This document shows, one piece after another, positions 28,402-38,167 of a stretch of 47,324 nt of DNA; position 1 is the first letter of the stretch, and every line of letters starts with the position of its first letter. The stretch lies in sequence record SRR31156797_3322; one strand, written 5' to 3'. The notes beneath the pieces were generated by a model. The model searched no databases. It had not been told where the DNA came from and saw only the letters and a list, made by a program, of their open reading frames with translations. Both the position numbers and the translations under genes were made by a program.

Positions 28402-28561
28402 TGAATGGGGGCGGTGTACATTTGGGTTACCTGAAGCTTGGACACTTCCTGAGACGACAGCTTGTTCTAAACAAGCGATCTCATCAAGGATAACAATCCA
28501 ACCATCAAAATAACGTTGGCCTTCTGGCGTTGGTGTCAAACTGCATGTCATTAACTTTCAT
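28402..28561 (-). pseudogene. Remnant of a LysR-family regulator (HTH deleted, C-terminal domain lost)
   Basis: Minus strand reads MKVNDMQ.., then in another frame SLTPTPEGQRYFDGWIVILDEIACLEQAVVSGSVQASGNPNV, then after a frameshift TAP. This matches the LysR wing, linker helix and GxLxVTAP region. Confidence 0.65.
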
Positions 28562-28677
28562 TGTGGAATTATAGGATGTAATAAATGGAATTTAAACGGT
28601 ATTATCATTTTATAACAAGTTAATACAATATCTCTCTGATAAAAAATCAGCAAATTCGAAATAATTGGAGAGGCACC

Positions 28678-29130
28678 ATGAACGACAACAATAAGCGTAT
28701 TAACGACTTACTTGACCGCGAAGAGATCCGAGCATTAAGACTACGTTATAGCCAGCTGCTTGATGGCGGTCTGGCTGAAAAGATGGGAGAAGTCTTCACA
28801 GAGGATGCAGAAGTCAAAGTTACCGTAGGCTCAATGAAAGGCTTAACCGAAATTAAGCAAAGCTTAAAAGAGGCATACCATACATTCGATACAAAAAAAC
28901 GTGCTCATTTCCCTTTTGTTCACGCAGTGACGAATCACGATATTACTTTAATCGACGAAAACAATGCCTCAGGCAGTTGTTACCTTTTAGATTTTGTTAC
29001 TGACCGAGACCAATCTCAACACCCGTTTTTGCTTTTGGGCCATTACGTAGATCAATACGTTCGCGTAAACGGTGAATGGAGAATTTCACACAGTGAATTA
29101 GATGTTCTATGGCCGGAAGAGTCTCATTAG
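28678..29130 (+). CDS. SnoaL/NTF2-like protein (LinA/BaiE-like subfamily)
   Basis: LLDREEIRALRLRYSQLLD, VFTEDA, HAVTNHDI, GHYVDQYVRVNGEWRI. Confidence 0.87.
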   Translation: MNDNNKRINDLLDREEIRALRLRYSQLLDGGLAEKMGEVFTEDAEVKVTVGSMKGLTEIKQSLKEAYHTFDTKKRAHFPFVHAVTNHDITLIDENNASGSCYLLDFVTDRDQSQHPFLLLGHYVDQYVRVNGEWRISHSELDVLWPEESH

Positions 29131-29158
29131 TAGCCAGATAAAAATAAAAAGTTAGAAA

Positions 29159-30118
29159 ATGATGAATAAAAGTAAACAGCCATTGCCACCCAGTTTTCAG
29201 CGCGTGTTTTCCGACAACAAGTTAACTGTCGGATTATTAACGCCGTTGGAAGCATACCCAAGTACACCTTTTCCAACCCTCAAGGATCATTTGCGCATTG
29301 CTCAACAAGCAGAAACAGCCGGTTTTGCCAGTATTTGGGCGCGAGATGTTCCGTTCTACGATCCCAACTTTGGAGATGCGGCGCAGATAATCGACCCATT
29401 TGTTTACGCCGGATATCTTTCGGCGGTGACCAATGAGATCACCCTTGGAACAGCGGGAATCGTATTACCATTACGAGACCCGATTTCGGTTGCCAAACAA
29501 TCTGCATCAGTCGACTTGCTCACTGGAGGCCGTTTTGTATTAGGTCTTTCGACGGGTGACCGTCCAGTCGAATATCCGGCATTCGGCATTGATTTCGATA
29601 AACGAGCAGAGCTGTATCGTGAGTCTGTTGATATCATAAATCGCTTACACAGTGACCATTTTCCGCAAATGGAAACCGAACACTATGGCACGTTGCAAGG
29701 TAACCTTGACCTGCATCCTAAACCTGTACATGGGCGTATCCCCATGATGGCAGTTGGCCGATCTCGACAACCTATTGAATGGTTGGCAAACAATGTCGAT
29801 GCCTGGATATGGTCGGTCGATGATGAACAAGCGATTAAACAACTCATTTCGCAGCTTAAGGCAGCGGCTGGAGATAACCCAGCACCGAAATATGGCTATG
29901 CGACATTTTTCGATCTCGATGCTAACCCGGATGCGCCTTATCAGCGGTTTTATAACGTCGTCAGAATCGGACGTAATGCTCTTATAGAGCGTCTAATTGA
30001 ACACAAGAAGTTAGGAGTAAATCATATTGCCCTTAACCTAAAGCCTTCACGCAGACCAGCTAATGAAGTGATTGACGAAATGGGACAATATGTACTGCCT
30101 GTTCTTAGTGAAGAGTGA
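29159..30118 (+). CDS. Luciferase-like (LLM) flavin-dependent oxidoreductase
   Basis: GFASIWARDVP, DPFVYAGYL, LGTAGIVLPLRDP, GRFVLGLSTGDRPVEYPAFG. Confidence 0.9.
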   Translation: MMNKSKQPLPPSFQRVFSDNKLTVGLLTPLEAYPSTPFPTLKDHLRIAQQAETAGFASIWARDVPFYDPNFGDAAQIIDPFVYAGYLSAVTNEITLGTAGIVLPLRDPISVAKQSASVDLLTGGRFVLGLSTGDRPVEYPAFGIDFDKRAELYRESVDIINRLHSDHFPQMETEHYGTLQGNLDLHPKPVHGRIPMMAVGRSRQPIEWLANNVDAWIWSVDDEQAIKQLISQLKAAAGDNPAPKYGYATFFDLDANPDAPYQRFYNVVRIGRNALIERLIEHKKLGVNHIALNLKPSRRPANEVIDEMGQYVLPVLSEE

Positions 30119-30130
30119 TAAATTGCAACG

Positions 30131-30170
30131 TTAATAAAAAAGAACCACTGGTCTGGTTCTTTTTTATTAA
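30131..30170. terminator. Bidirectional intrinsic terminator
   Basis: TTAATAAAAAAGAACCA-CTGGTC-TGGTTCTTTTTTATTAA. Confidence 0.85.
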
Positions 30171-30228
30171 GTGATACGAAACGGTATATTCGCGAATTTT
30201 TAACTAATATTCATTTAGTTACGTAAAG

Positions 30229-30819
30229 TTACTCATCTTCATACGACGCATCTGTGTCTATGTGTTTAATCAGTTTTGCTGGTACGCCACCAACAACGGT
30301 GTTGGGCATAACATCTTTGCTGACCACCGCACCAGCAGCCACTACCGCCCCATCTCCGATGATGACTCCCTGCAATATGGTGGCATTAGAACCTATCCAA
30401 ACGTTGTTACCAATAACGATAGATTTAGGAATGGTTGTTCCCCGTCGGTGAGGGGCTAAATCATGGTTTAGTGTTGCTAGTACGACGTTGTGGCCGACAA
30501 GGACACCATCCCCTAAAGTAATTCCGCCCTGATCCTGAAAACAGCATCCGGAATTGATGAACACGTTCTTACCCAAGCGGATGTTTTTTCCGCAATCAGT
30601 ATTGAATGGTGGAAAAAGCATAAATGTTTCGTCAACAGGTTTTCCGATTAGCTGAGACATAATCTCGCGGATTTCCTCTGGTGGATGATAACTCCCATTG
30701 AGCTGTGCCGTTATTTTGAGAGCTTGCATCGCCAATTCATAGCATTGTTGATGCAGTGCTGAATTTCCTTCTATCACGCCACCTTCGCGCATGTATTGTA
30801 AACATTCATCCTGTGTCAT
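30229..30819 (-). CDS. Sugar O-acetyltransferase (maltose/galactoside acetyltransferase-like, hexapeptide repeats)
   Basis: [39 protein letters not shown]. Confidence 0.9.
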   Translation of the reverse strand: MTQDECLQYMREGGVIEGNSALHQQCYELAMQALKITAQLNGSYHPPEEIREIMSQLIGKPVDETFMLFPPFNTDCGKNIRLGKNVFINSGCCFQDQGGITLGDGVLVGHNVVLATLNHDLAPHRRGTTIPKSIVIGNNVWIGSNATILQGVIIGDGAVVAAGAVVSKDVMPNTVVGGVPAKLIKHIDTDASYEDE

Positions 30820-31127
30820 CGTTTTTCCTTGTCTCTAGGTTCAGGGGGTGTGTCAAATCATGGATGTGTTGTCTATTGAGGTCAAGCGATAGCATATATG
30901 AACAAGCACCAAAAGCTGTAGGTTCAGATATGGGTAAGTTAATTTTTAAGGGAATTGCAAATGCATAGGGGACTGTGATTTTTACTACGGGTACTGATAC
31001 AGTTTTAGGCTCCTTCGACATGCTTCTTCGATGATAGAAAGTAGTAATGAACAGCATCATGCTCTCACACTTTAAACACTAGGAAGAGTTTCATACTCTC
31101 TTAGTACGTTAGGTTGTTTTTAAAATT

Positions 31128-31159
31128 AAAAGAAGGCCAGTCAATAGTGTTGACTGGCC
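31128..31159 (-). terminator. Intrinsic terminator after the porin gene
   Basis: GGCCAGTCAA-N5-TTGACTGGCC with a T-rich tail on the minus strand. Confidence 0.8.
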
Positions 31160-31202
31160 ATTTCCTACAAGAGGCAAAAGTTAAGAAAAGTGGGGGTAGA
31201 GA

Positions 31203-32312
31203 TTAAAAAATGTATTTAAATCGTACACGTAAGCCAATATCGTTATCGCCATTGGCGTAGGTACCAGCTCCTGACTTAACATTTTTTTCTTCCGCTTTTG
31301 ATTGGAAAGCACCTGTATAAATCGAGAAGTCTTCGACGTCCATAACGTTGGTGAAGTGGTAAGAAGTATAAATGGTTGAGACATCAACATCCCCTTCATA
31401 CCAGCCAGAGAATTGTTCGTTAGTATATTCGTTACGCGCATAAACATACCCCAGTCCAAAACCTTTATAGAGTACGTTGATGCCTGCTGTCGCGTTGGTT
31501 TCATCAACAGCATCCATATAAGCAAAGTTAGCGTGGATGTTGATATCGTTAATGTTGTATGACGTTCTCAGGCCGTAACCAGTTCGATCCATGATATCAA
31601 CACCGTTTGCTGTCACTGCATCACTGGTTAAGTTCCTCTCAACGGAAGCCGCAATGGTAAATGAATCTTGGGTAAAGGCGATAACCGGTCTGATGACAAA
31701 CGCATCATCGCCACTTTCAACAGTTTTGCCATGGTAGGTGGAGCCAAATAAAGAAGAACGATCACCAAGGAGAGCATTCAGTTCAAAGTAAACCTGATTA
31801 AATGTCTGGCTATACATGATTTGACCGTCAGTGCTTCTGCCGCGTGCTTCTTTGGCGCGGTAGATGTAAGCGCCGGAATCAGAAATAAGCCCGTCTGAAG
31901 TGTCTCCCGAGTGGTCGATAAAAGTATCCTGACCTAAAGGAAACATGTCATAGCTTTCAAAGCGACCAATGCGAATCTCTGGCCCTTTTTGTTTACCAAA
32001 GGCGAACCAGGCATCGTCGAGCCCTATGCTTCCACTCTGGTTATAAGTTGGTGATACCTGCATTTTGAGGTAATTATTATCGTCAGTAACACGTTCGCCT
32101 GCAAAATTCAGTAAGATGCGGCCAGTCTGATCGAACTGCCAGTCTTCTGAAGTTGAATCAAAGTTCATGTAGTTGAAGTCAAATTCAACATCACCACCGA
32201 TTGAAAAACTGCCCTTTTCATTATCGATAACAGTAATACCAGCATTTGCTTGCATGGCCGTCGATACAAGGATAGCAATAAGACTTAATTTAGTCGCGTT
32301 TCTATATTTCAT
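31203..32312 (-). CDS. Outer-membrane carbohydrate porin (RafY-like)
   Basis: Signal peptide ending ANA, amphipathic beta pattern, GRFESYDMFPLGQD and YRAKEARGR motifs, C-terminal Phe; alpha-galactoside context. Confidence 0.8.
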   Translation of the reverse strand: MKYRNATKLSLIAILVSTAMQANAGITVIDNEKGSFSIGGDVEFDFNYMNFDSTSEDWQFDQTGRILLNFAGERVTDDNNYLKMQVSPTYNQSGSIGLDDAWFAFGKQKGPEIRIGRFESYDMFPLGQDTFIDHSGDTSDGLISDSGAYIYRAKEARGRSTDGQIMYSQTFNQVYFELNALLGDRSSLFGSTYHGKTVESGDDAFVIRPVIAFTQDSFTIAASVERNLTSDAVTANGVDIMDRTGYGLRTSYNINDINIHANFAYMDAVDETNATAGINVLYKGFGLGYVYARNEYTNEQFSGWYEGDVDVSTIYTSYHFTNVMDVEDFSIYTGAFQSKAEEKNVKSGAGTYANGDNDIGLRVRFKYIF

Positions 32313-32615
32313 AATTTATTTCAACTCATCAGTTTAGTAGATAAATATTGGTTAATAACTAAGTAAGTCCATAGCCTTATTAGCGATTAATATCCATTAA
32401 GCCTTTACAGCTTTATTTTCTAATTTTTAGTTAAATTTTTGTGGTTGGGAAATATGCAATCCACAAATGAAATATATTCGAAGTTAGATATTGGATTAAA
32501 CAAATAAATTTGCGGTGATATTTTATATAAGATGACGTTCTGTTATAACTCATTGTATTTTTGGTTTTTTTGTATTTTACTTTTTTTGCTGGTCTATGAG
32601 TGGTTTCAGTTTTGT

Positions 32616-32642
32616 AATGTAACGCAATTATTTTGTTACATT
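32616..32642. promoter_or_regulatory. Spaced inverted repeat resembling a CytR-type operator
   Basis: AATGTAAC-N11-GTTACATT; CRP-like TATGA-N6-TCAGT at 32595-32610. Confidence 0.5.
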
Positions 32643-32662
32643 GAATAATAACGATGGTTTAA

Positions 32663-32706
32663 ATAATAAAAAGCCCTCTGTGAAAACACAGAGGGCTTTT
32701 TATTAT
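32663..32706. terminator. Intrinsic terminator after melR
   Basis: ATAATAAAAAGCCCTCTGTG-AAAA-CACAGAGGGCTTTTTATTAT. Confidence 0.88.
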
Positions 32707-32728
32707 AGATTATATTAAGAACTTAAAT

Positions 32729-33649
32729 TTAATACATGCCGATATCAGATAACCCTACCTTAAGACTATTTTCTCTAAATTCCTGTGGCGTAATACCTGT
32801 ATGAGTTTTAAATGCAGCAAAAAATGAACTTGGATGTTTAAATCCGCTGTTGGTTGCTATATTTTTAATTGGGTTACGGGTGTTACTGAGTAATACTTTT
32901 GCATGATTGATTCGCATGATAATTAAGTACTGCTTAATAGAAACGCTGAGCATGTTTTTAAATAGCCCCATCGCATACTTGGGGTGCAGTTTCACATGGT
33001 AAGCAATGTCTTCCACTTTGATATCTTTGTTGTGATTATTAGCAATATAATCAAGCATTAACTGAACATTTTTATATCCAGTTTGGTTGGCGTTACGTAG
33101 AGTAACATCACGTAAAAAGCTGAACATTTCCACTTTATAGTCGTAAGTACATAATCGACGTAACATCAGAAAAACTTCTTCTTGAACAATGTTATTACGG
33201 GCTTCATCATTTCCGTGATAACAGTTAAGCCAGCGGCTACTTTCTGAAAAGCTGACAATCCCTTGGTTCACGCTAGTCACCACGCCGCCATGCATAATTT
33301 GTTGCACAAAGTCTTTAGATAAAGCCCAGGATAAAAAGACGTTCAGTGGAATGTTGATTAAACCCATCACCGCATCATCGCTGACCTGACTGACCTTATG
33401 TGGTGTCACCGCCCAAAACAACGCCATTTCACCGGCTTCTACACGCAGGCTGGAGTTGTTAAATACGTATTCGACATACCCTTTGTACAAGATATTCACT
33501 TCGATTTGCTGGTGCCAATGGTATTCATCCATACAAAATGGCTGACGTAATTCAAAGCTTAGTTCAGTCTCCCCATCCAGTAGGGGACCAATGAAATTTT
33601 CACTATCAACGGTGAAGTTTTCATACTCCAAATTCAAAGGGTTATCCAT
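32729..33649 (-). CDS. melR: AraC-family regulator, MelR-like
   Basis: HWHQQIEVN, LFWAVTPH, HVKLHPKYAMGLF and MRINHAK recall E. coli MelR; divergent from the alpha-galactoside operon. Confidence 0.82.
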   Translation of the reverse strand: MDNPLNLEYENFTVDSENFIGPLLDGETELSFELRQPFCMDEYHWHQQIEVNILYKGYVEYVFNNSSLRVEAGEMALFWAVTPHKVSQVSDDAVMGLINIPLNVFLSWALSKDFVQQIMHGGVVTSVNQGIVSFSESSRWLNCYHGNDEARNNIVQEEVFLMLRRLCTYDYKVEMFSFLRDVTLRNANQTGYKNVQLMLDYIANNHNKDIKVEDIAYHVKLHPKYAMGLFKNMLSVSIKQYLIIMRINHAKVLLSNTRNPIKNIATNSGFKHPSSFFAAFKTHTGITPQEFRENSLKVGLSDIGMY

Positions 33650-33966
33650 TGCGTAATTCCAAGTGAGTATTTAAAAGTAAGAATCTTGAACGGTCATAAG
33701 TTAGCAAAATAGTCTAATAGAAAACGTGTTTAGATCACGATATCACTATTGCATAAGGGTTTTAGAGGGGTTTTCTTAGTTTTAAATTCTATCGATGACG
33801 TCGATGATATTTAGCAAAACTACAAATTACTCCAAAAAGGTAAGGTTTGGTGACTTGTGTGTGTTACAGGTGATTGCTGACTTTTTAAGACTCGTTTACT
33901 CTTTTTTAAACGCAAAGAAATGCGAAATGCTACCCTACACATAAAGAACAAAAAAGGATTTAACGA

Positions 33967-36012
33967 ATGAGAATCAAAAGAGATCTTTTGGGGCTTGTGA
34001 TAGCACTCGGCTGTTCGTCGGCAATTGCTCAAGCTTTACCGGAAGGCGCAATAATTATTCCAGACGCTGCCAAAATACCAAATCGACTTTCTATAAAATA
34101 TTTTTCACCGGATGAAATCGAAGAGTTTAAAAAGCTGAATCATTATTCTGAACCGGATTGGGTAACAGAAAATTATGTGAAAACAGGGAAACTGCCCCCT
34201 GTCGAACAACGTTTACCCGAAGTTCCAATGGTTTTGAAAACGGCATCCATGCCGGATGGCGTTGGTGTCTATGGTGGCGTATTCCGTCACGTTATTGGCG
34301 GGCGACCTCAAGGTTGGAACTGGTCTGCGGCTCAGTCTCAGGGGTGGGGCGGCATCAACTACACGATGCAGCAGTGTTTAACCCGTACCGGTCCGATGTA
34401 TCAGCTTAACCCCAACGAACTCGAAGTGTTACCGAACTTAGCGCAAAGCTGGCAATGGTCTGAAGACGGCATGTCGTTGACCATGAAGTTGATCAAAGGA
34501 GCTAAGTGGTCTGATGGGGCACCATTTACTTCAGAAGACGTCCGTTTTTATTGGGAAGATACGGTGTTAGAACCGCGTATTCCATCGTTCTCTTCTCAGA
34601 ATGCTCTGGGTGAGGGCGCGAAATTAGAAGTTGTCGATGATTACACTATCCGCTGGCATTTTGCGTCACCGAATCAAAATCAGGCTTTATACAACATGTC
34701 ATTTATGACTTTCTGCCCTGGTCCTGCTCATATCCTGAAACCGATACACCCTAAATATAATGACCAGGCAACGTTTGAAGCATTCAACAACGCATTACCT
34801 GCGAATCAGGTACCCGTTGTCACCATGGGACCCTGGGTTCCGGTTGATTACAAAGATGATCAAATCATTGTATTACGCAGAAATCCTTATTACTGGAAGG
34901 TTGATGAAGCCGGGAATCAACTGCCTTACATTGATGAAATGCACTTTAAATTGGCAACATGGGAATCACGCACGCTTGAGACCATGTCCGGACAGGCAGA
35001 TTTTTCCAACATGGAAAACCCGCCTATCTATATAGAAACATTACGTAAACTGGCGAATCCTGATTCACCTACGAAAGCAATGTTTGGACCGCGTAACTTA
35101 GCATTCCAGATCCAGATGAATTTTAACCCAACTTTATCTGTGACGGATGAACGTGAAGCGGCCATTCGCCAACTCAACCGTGAACTACGATTCCGTAAAG
35201 CTATGTCCCATGCGATTGACAGAAAAAGTTTAGGTCAGGCGTTAGTGAAAGGACCGTTTGCTGCTGAGTATGCTGGTGGCCTACATCCGGAAACGACTTT
35301 CTACAATAAAGATGATGTCGTGTATTTCCCTTATAACCCGCAGCTGGCTAATCAGTATCTTGATGACCTTGGTTTAAAAGATACCGACGGTAACGGTATT
35401 CGAAATTTCCCTGCCAATACCGCTGATGGTGCCGACGTTGAAATCGTATTGAATACTGGTAACGGTACTTCAGATACTGTGTTTAATGAAAACCTGGTTT
35501 CTATGATGGCGGATGTGGGAATCAAACTGATTCCACGAATTTTGGATAGTATTCAGGGTGACTCCGCGCGTGATTCCGCGGATTTTGATTGGCGTTTAAA
35601 CCGCAGTGACAAAGAGTTGATTGTTCCAATGCAGCGCATTTCTTTACTGGCGCCTATTTCGAAGAGCGGACCATACTGGCACCGAGGTACCGAAAATAAT
35701 CCTCAGGTTCTACTACCGTTCGAAGAACAACTGGTCGAAATTGCGAAAAAAATTGTGCTTGAAAATGATCCGGTTAAGCAGAATCAACTGGTTAGGGAGC
35801 TAAACCGTATTACTACGGAAAATGTTTACCACGTGGGTATGGTCGCTTATCCGGGGGCTTTGCTGGTCAACAAACGTATCAAGAACGTACCTAACGCGCC
35901 GATCATTGCTTATCAATGGGCTGAAGACGCAGTAATGCGCGAGCGTTTCTGGGTACCGAAAGATAAGCAGATCAGTGAATTAAAGCCAAATCAACTTCCT
36001 GAATATAAATAA
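33967..36012 (+). CDS. Family-5 (oligopeptide-type) solute-binding protein, AgpA-like alpha-galactoside binding
   Basis: GKLPPVEQRLP, GVYGG...GGRPQGWNWSA, PNLAQSW, KWSDGAPFTSEDV, RNPYYWKVDEAGNQLPYID; upstream of GH36. Confidence 0.85.
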   Translation: MRIKRDLLGLVIALGCSSAIAQALPEGAIIIPDAAKIPNRLSIKYFSPDEIEEFKKLNHYSEPDWVTENYVKTGKLPPVEQRLPEVPMVLKTASMPDGVGVYGGVFRHVIGGRPQGWNWSAAQSQGWGGINYTMQQCLTRTGPMYQLNPNELEVLPNLAQSWQWSEDGMSLTMKLIKGAKWSDGAPFTSEDVRFYWEDTVLEPRIPSFSSQNALGEGAKLEVVDDYTIRWHFASPNQNQALYNMSFMTFCPGPAHILKPIHPKYNDQATFEAFNNALPANQVPVVTMGPWVPVDYKDDQIIVLRRNPYYWKVDEAGNQLPYIDEMHFKLATWESRTLETMSGQADFSNMENPPIYIETLRKLANPDSPTKAMFGPRNLAFQIQMNFNPTLSVTDEREAAIRQLNRELRFRKAMSHAIDRKSLGQALVKGPFAAEYAGGLHPETTFYNKDDVVYFPYNPQLANQYLDDLGLKDTDGNGIRNFPANTADGADVEIVLNTGNGTSDTVFNENLVSMMADVGIKLIPRILDSIQGDSARDSADFDWRLNRSDKELIVPMQRISLLAPISKSGPYWHRGTENNPQVLLPFEEQLVEIAKKIVLENDPVKQNQLVRELNRITTENVYHVGMVAYPGALLVNKRIKNVPNAPIIAYQWAEDAVMRERFWVPKDKQISELKPNQLPEYK

Positions 36013-36024
36013 GTATTTCTGTAT

Positions 36025-36046
36025 TTGGAGGGTTCAGTCCCTCCAA
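36025..36046 (+). other. Intercistronic stem-loop after the binding-protein gene
   Basis: TTGGAGGG-TTCAGT-CCCTCCAA. Confidence 0.6.
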
Positions 36047-36063
36047 TTAAGAGTAGGTGTCAT

Positions 36064-37062
36064 ATGGTCGAATTTATTTTTAAGCGCACGTTAAGTACCG
36101 TTGGTTTGCTTTTGGTATTAAGCGCAATTACTTTCGTCATCATTCAGCTTCCGGATGGTGACTATGGAGACCTGATAAAGAATCAGGCCATTAATATGGG
36201 TGGGGCTTCTCCTGAACAGGCAGAGCAATTAGCGCAATCAGCTAGACAGCGTTTTGGTTTGGATCAGCCAGTCTTCACTCAGTACGTCAACTGGCTGAGC
36301 AATATTGTTTTCCATTTTGATTTTGGATACTCCTTTGCGTACAACAAGCCAGTAATGGAAGTGGTCGGTGAACGTTTACCAAGGACAATCTTTATCGCTT
36401 TGGGCTGTCATATCGGCGCAACGCTACTTGGCGTTTTAGCAGGAATTTATGCGGCTACTCATCAGAACCGCCTTGGCGACAGAGTCGCAACTTTGCTTTC
36501 GTTCATCGCGATGACAGTGCCGCGTTTTGTGATGGCGATTATCATTGTGTATTTCATGATTTTTGCTTGGGATATTGGTTCGATCGGAGCGATGAACTCG
36601 CCCGAGTATGTATTTGAACCCATGTCCTGGAATAAATTCTTCGATACGCTGGTACATATCTGGCCGGTGATTCTGATCGCGGCATTTGGTGGTATGGCGT
36701 TTAATCTACGCTTAATGCGCGGCAACCTGCTTGATGTATTGAAGATGCAATACATAGAGACGGCACGTGCTAAAGGGCTACCGGAACACAAAGTAATATT
36801 TAAACACGCCGTTCCGAACGCTCTGCACAGTCTGATTTCTTATCAGGGTGTGGCGATGCCATACATGATCACGGGTGAGATGGAAGTGGCCATGGTGCTG
36901 GGTATCCCAACCATAGGACCTCTGATTATTTCAGCAATGGCTGATCAGGACACTTACGTTATTGGCACTATCATGCTGCTAATTGCTGCGTTGCTGATTA
37001 TCGGTAACTTAATTGCCGATTTGCTGCTTGCCATTTTAGACCCACGTATTCGTTTATCCTAG
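36064..37062 (+). CDS. ABC permease (OppB/DppB-type)
   Basis: FGLDQP, DFGYSF, YIETARAKGL...KHAVPNA, LDPRIR. Confidence 0.92.
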   Translation: MVEFIFKRTLSTVGLLLVLSAITFVIIQLPDGDYGDLIKNQAINMGGASPEQAEQLAQSARQRFGLDQPVFTQYVNWLSNIVFHFDFGYSFAYNKPVMEVVGERLPRTIFIALGCHIGATLLGVLAGIYAATHQNRLGDRVATLLSFIAMTVPRFVMAIIIVYFMIFAWDIGSIGAMNSPEYVFEPMSWNKFFDTLVHIWPVILIAAFGGMAFNLRLMRGNLLDVLKMQYIETARAKGLPEHKVIFKHAVPNALHSLISYQGVAMPYMITGEMEVAMVLGIPTIGPLIISAMADQDTYVIGTIMLLIAALLIIGNLIADLLLAILDPRIRLS

Positions 37063-37070
37063 GTGTTGTT

Positions 37071-38153
37071 ATGGAAAAATCTCAAAGTTATTCAAGCCTG
37101 GTTTGGATTCGATTCAGACGAAACAAAATGGCTTTAATGAGTATGGTGCTGCTGGCGTTACTTGGTATTACATCAATATTCGCTCCTTTCTTTTCATCTA
37201 ATGATCCGAACATGCGCTTTAGTGAACATATTTATGAAGCGCCGAGTCAAATTCATATGTGGGACAGCGATGGTAACTTTCATCTAACCCCATTTGTTTA
37301 TGCAAAAACGGTCGAGTTGGATCCGGTCACCTTTCTCCCGATTGTTCAGGAAGATACCAGTCAGAAAATCAGCCTAAGCTTTTTTAACAAGGGTTGGGAA
37401 TACACTTTTCTGGGGATGACGTTTGACACTCATATCGTCGGTCTTGAGGATGGCTCGCCAATATTTTTGCTTGGGTCCGATAATCTGGGGCGTGACTTAC
37501 TGGCTCGCTGTTTCTTTGGCAGCCGTGTTACTTTGATATTTGCAATTGCGGTAGTAGCGCTGGTTGTTTCTGTCGGAACCGTCGTGGGCATTCTTTCCGG
37601 CTATCACGGTGGCCGCTTTGATTTCGTCGTACAACGTATCGCTGAACTGGCGTTGGCGTTCCCTGCTGTGCCACTTTATTTGGCTCTGATTGCAGTACTG
37701 CCAAAAACCGCAGACTCAACCATGGTCTTCATTATGCTGATCGTCATTTTATCTTCATTGCAGTGGGCATTCATTGCACGCCAGGTAAGGGCACAAGCTC
37801 TGTCGATGCGTAATCTTGACTACATCCGTGCTGCAAAATCTGTGGGAGCAAAAGATATGCGAATTGTGTTACGCCATATCTTACCGAATGTGACCAGTAA
37901 TATCGTTGTTTTGGCAACCATCATGCTGCCAACTATTGTTCTTACCGAAAGTTTTTTCAGTTTTCTATCTGTTGGGGTCAAAGCACCGATGTTTAGCTGG
38001 GGCTCGCTACTCAACGCTGCTGGTCAATTCCAGACGATTGGTTCTTACCCCTGGTTACTTTACCCGGTGGGTTTCATTTTAGTCACAGTGTTGGGTTTTA
38101 ACGCACTGGGTGATGGGTTACGTGATGCTGTTGACCCGTATTCAGGTCAATAG
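37071..38153 (+). CDS. ABC permease (OppC/DppC-type)
   Basis: LLGSDNLGRDL, DYIRAAKSVGA...RHILPN, FNALGDGLRDAVDP. Confidence 0.93.
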   Translation: MEKSQSYSSLVWIRFRRNKMALMSMVLLALLGITSIFAPFFSSNDPNMRFSEHIYEAPSQIHMWDSDGNFHLTPFVYAKTVELDPVTFLPIVQEDTSQKISLSFFNKGWEYTFLGMTFDTHIVGLEDGSPIFLLGSDNLGRDLLARCFFGSRVTLIFAIAVVALVVSVGTVVGILSGYHGGRFDFVVQRIAELALAFPAVPLYLALIAVLPKTADSTMVFIMLIVILSSLQWAFIARQVRAQALSMRNLDYIRAAKSVGAKDMRIVLRHILPNVTSNIVVLATIMLPTIVLTESFFSFLSVGVKAPMFSWGSLLNAAGQFQTIGSYPWLLYPVGFILVTVLGFNALGDGLRDAVDPYSGQ

Positions 38154-38167
38154 AAAAGGGAACGATT

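Noticed and set aside
30806-31060. 84-aa ORF upstream of the acetyltransferase as an intact gene
   Set aside because: No clear SD or family signature; at most a decayed fragment.
32313-32706. Plus-strand sRNA ending at the symmetric terminator
   Set aside because: Symmetric A/T flanks are common in such terminators, and there is no independent evidence for a plus-strand transcript.
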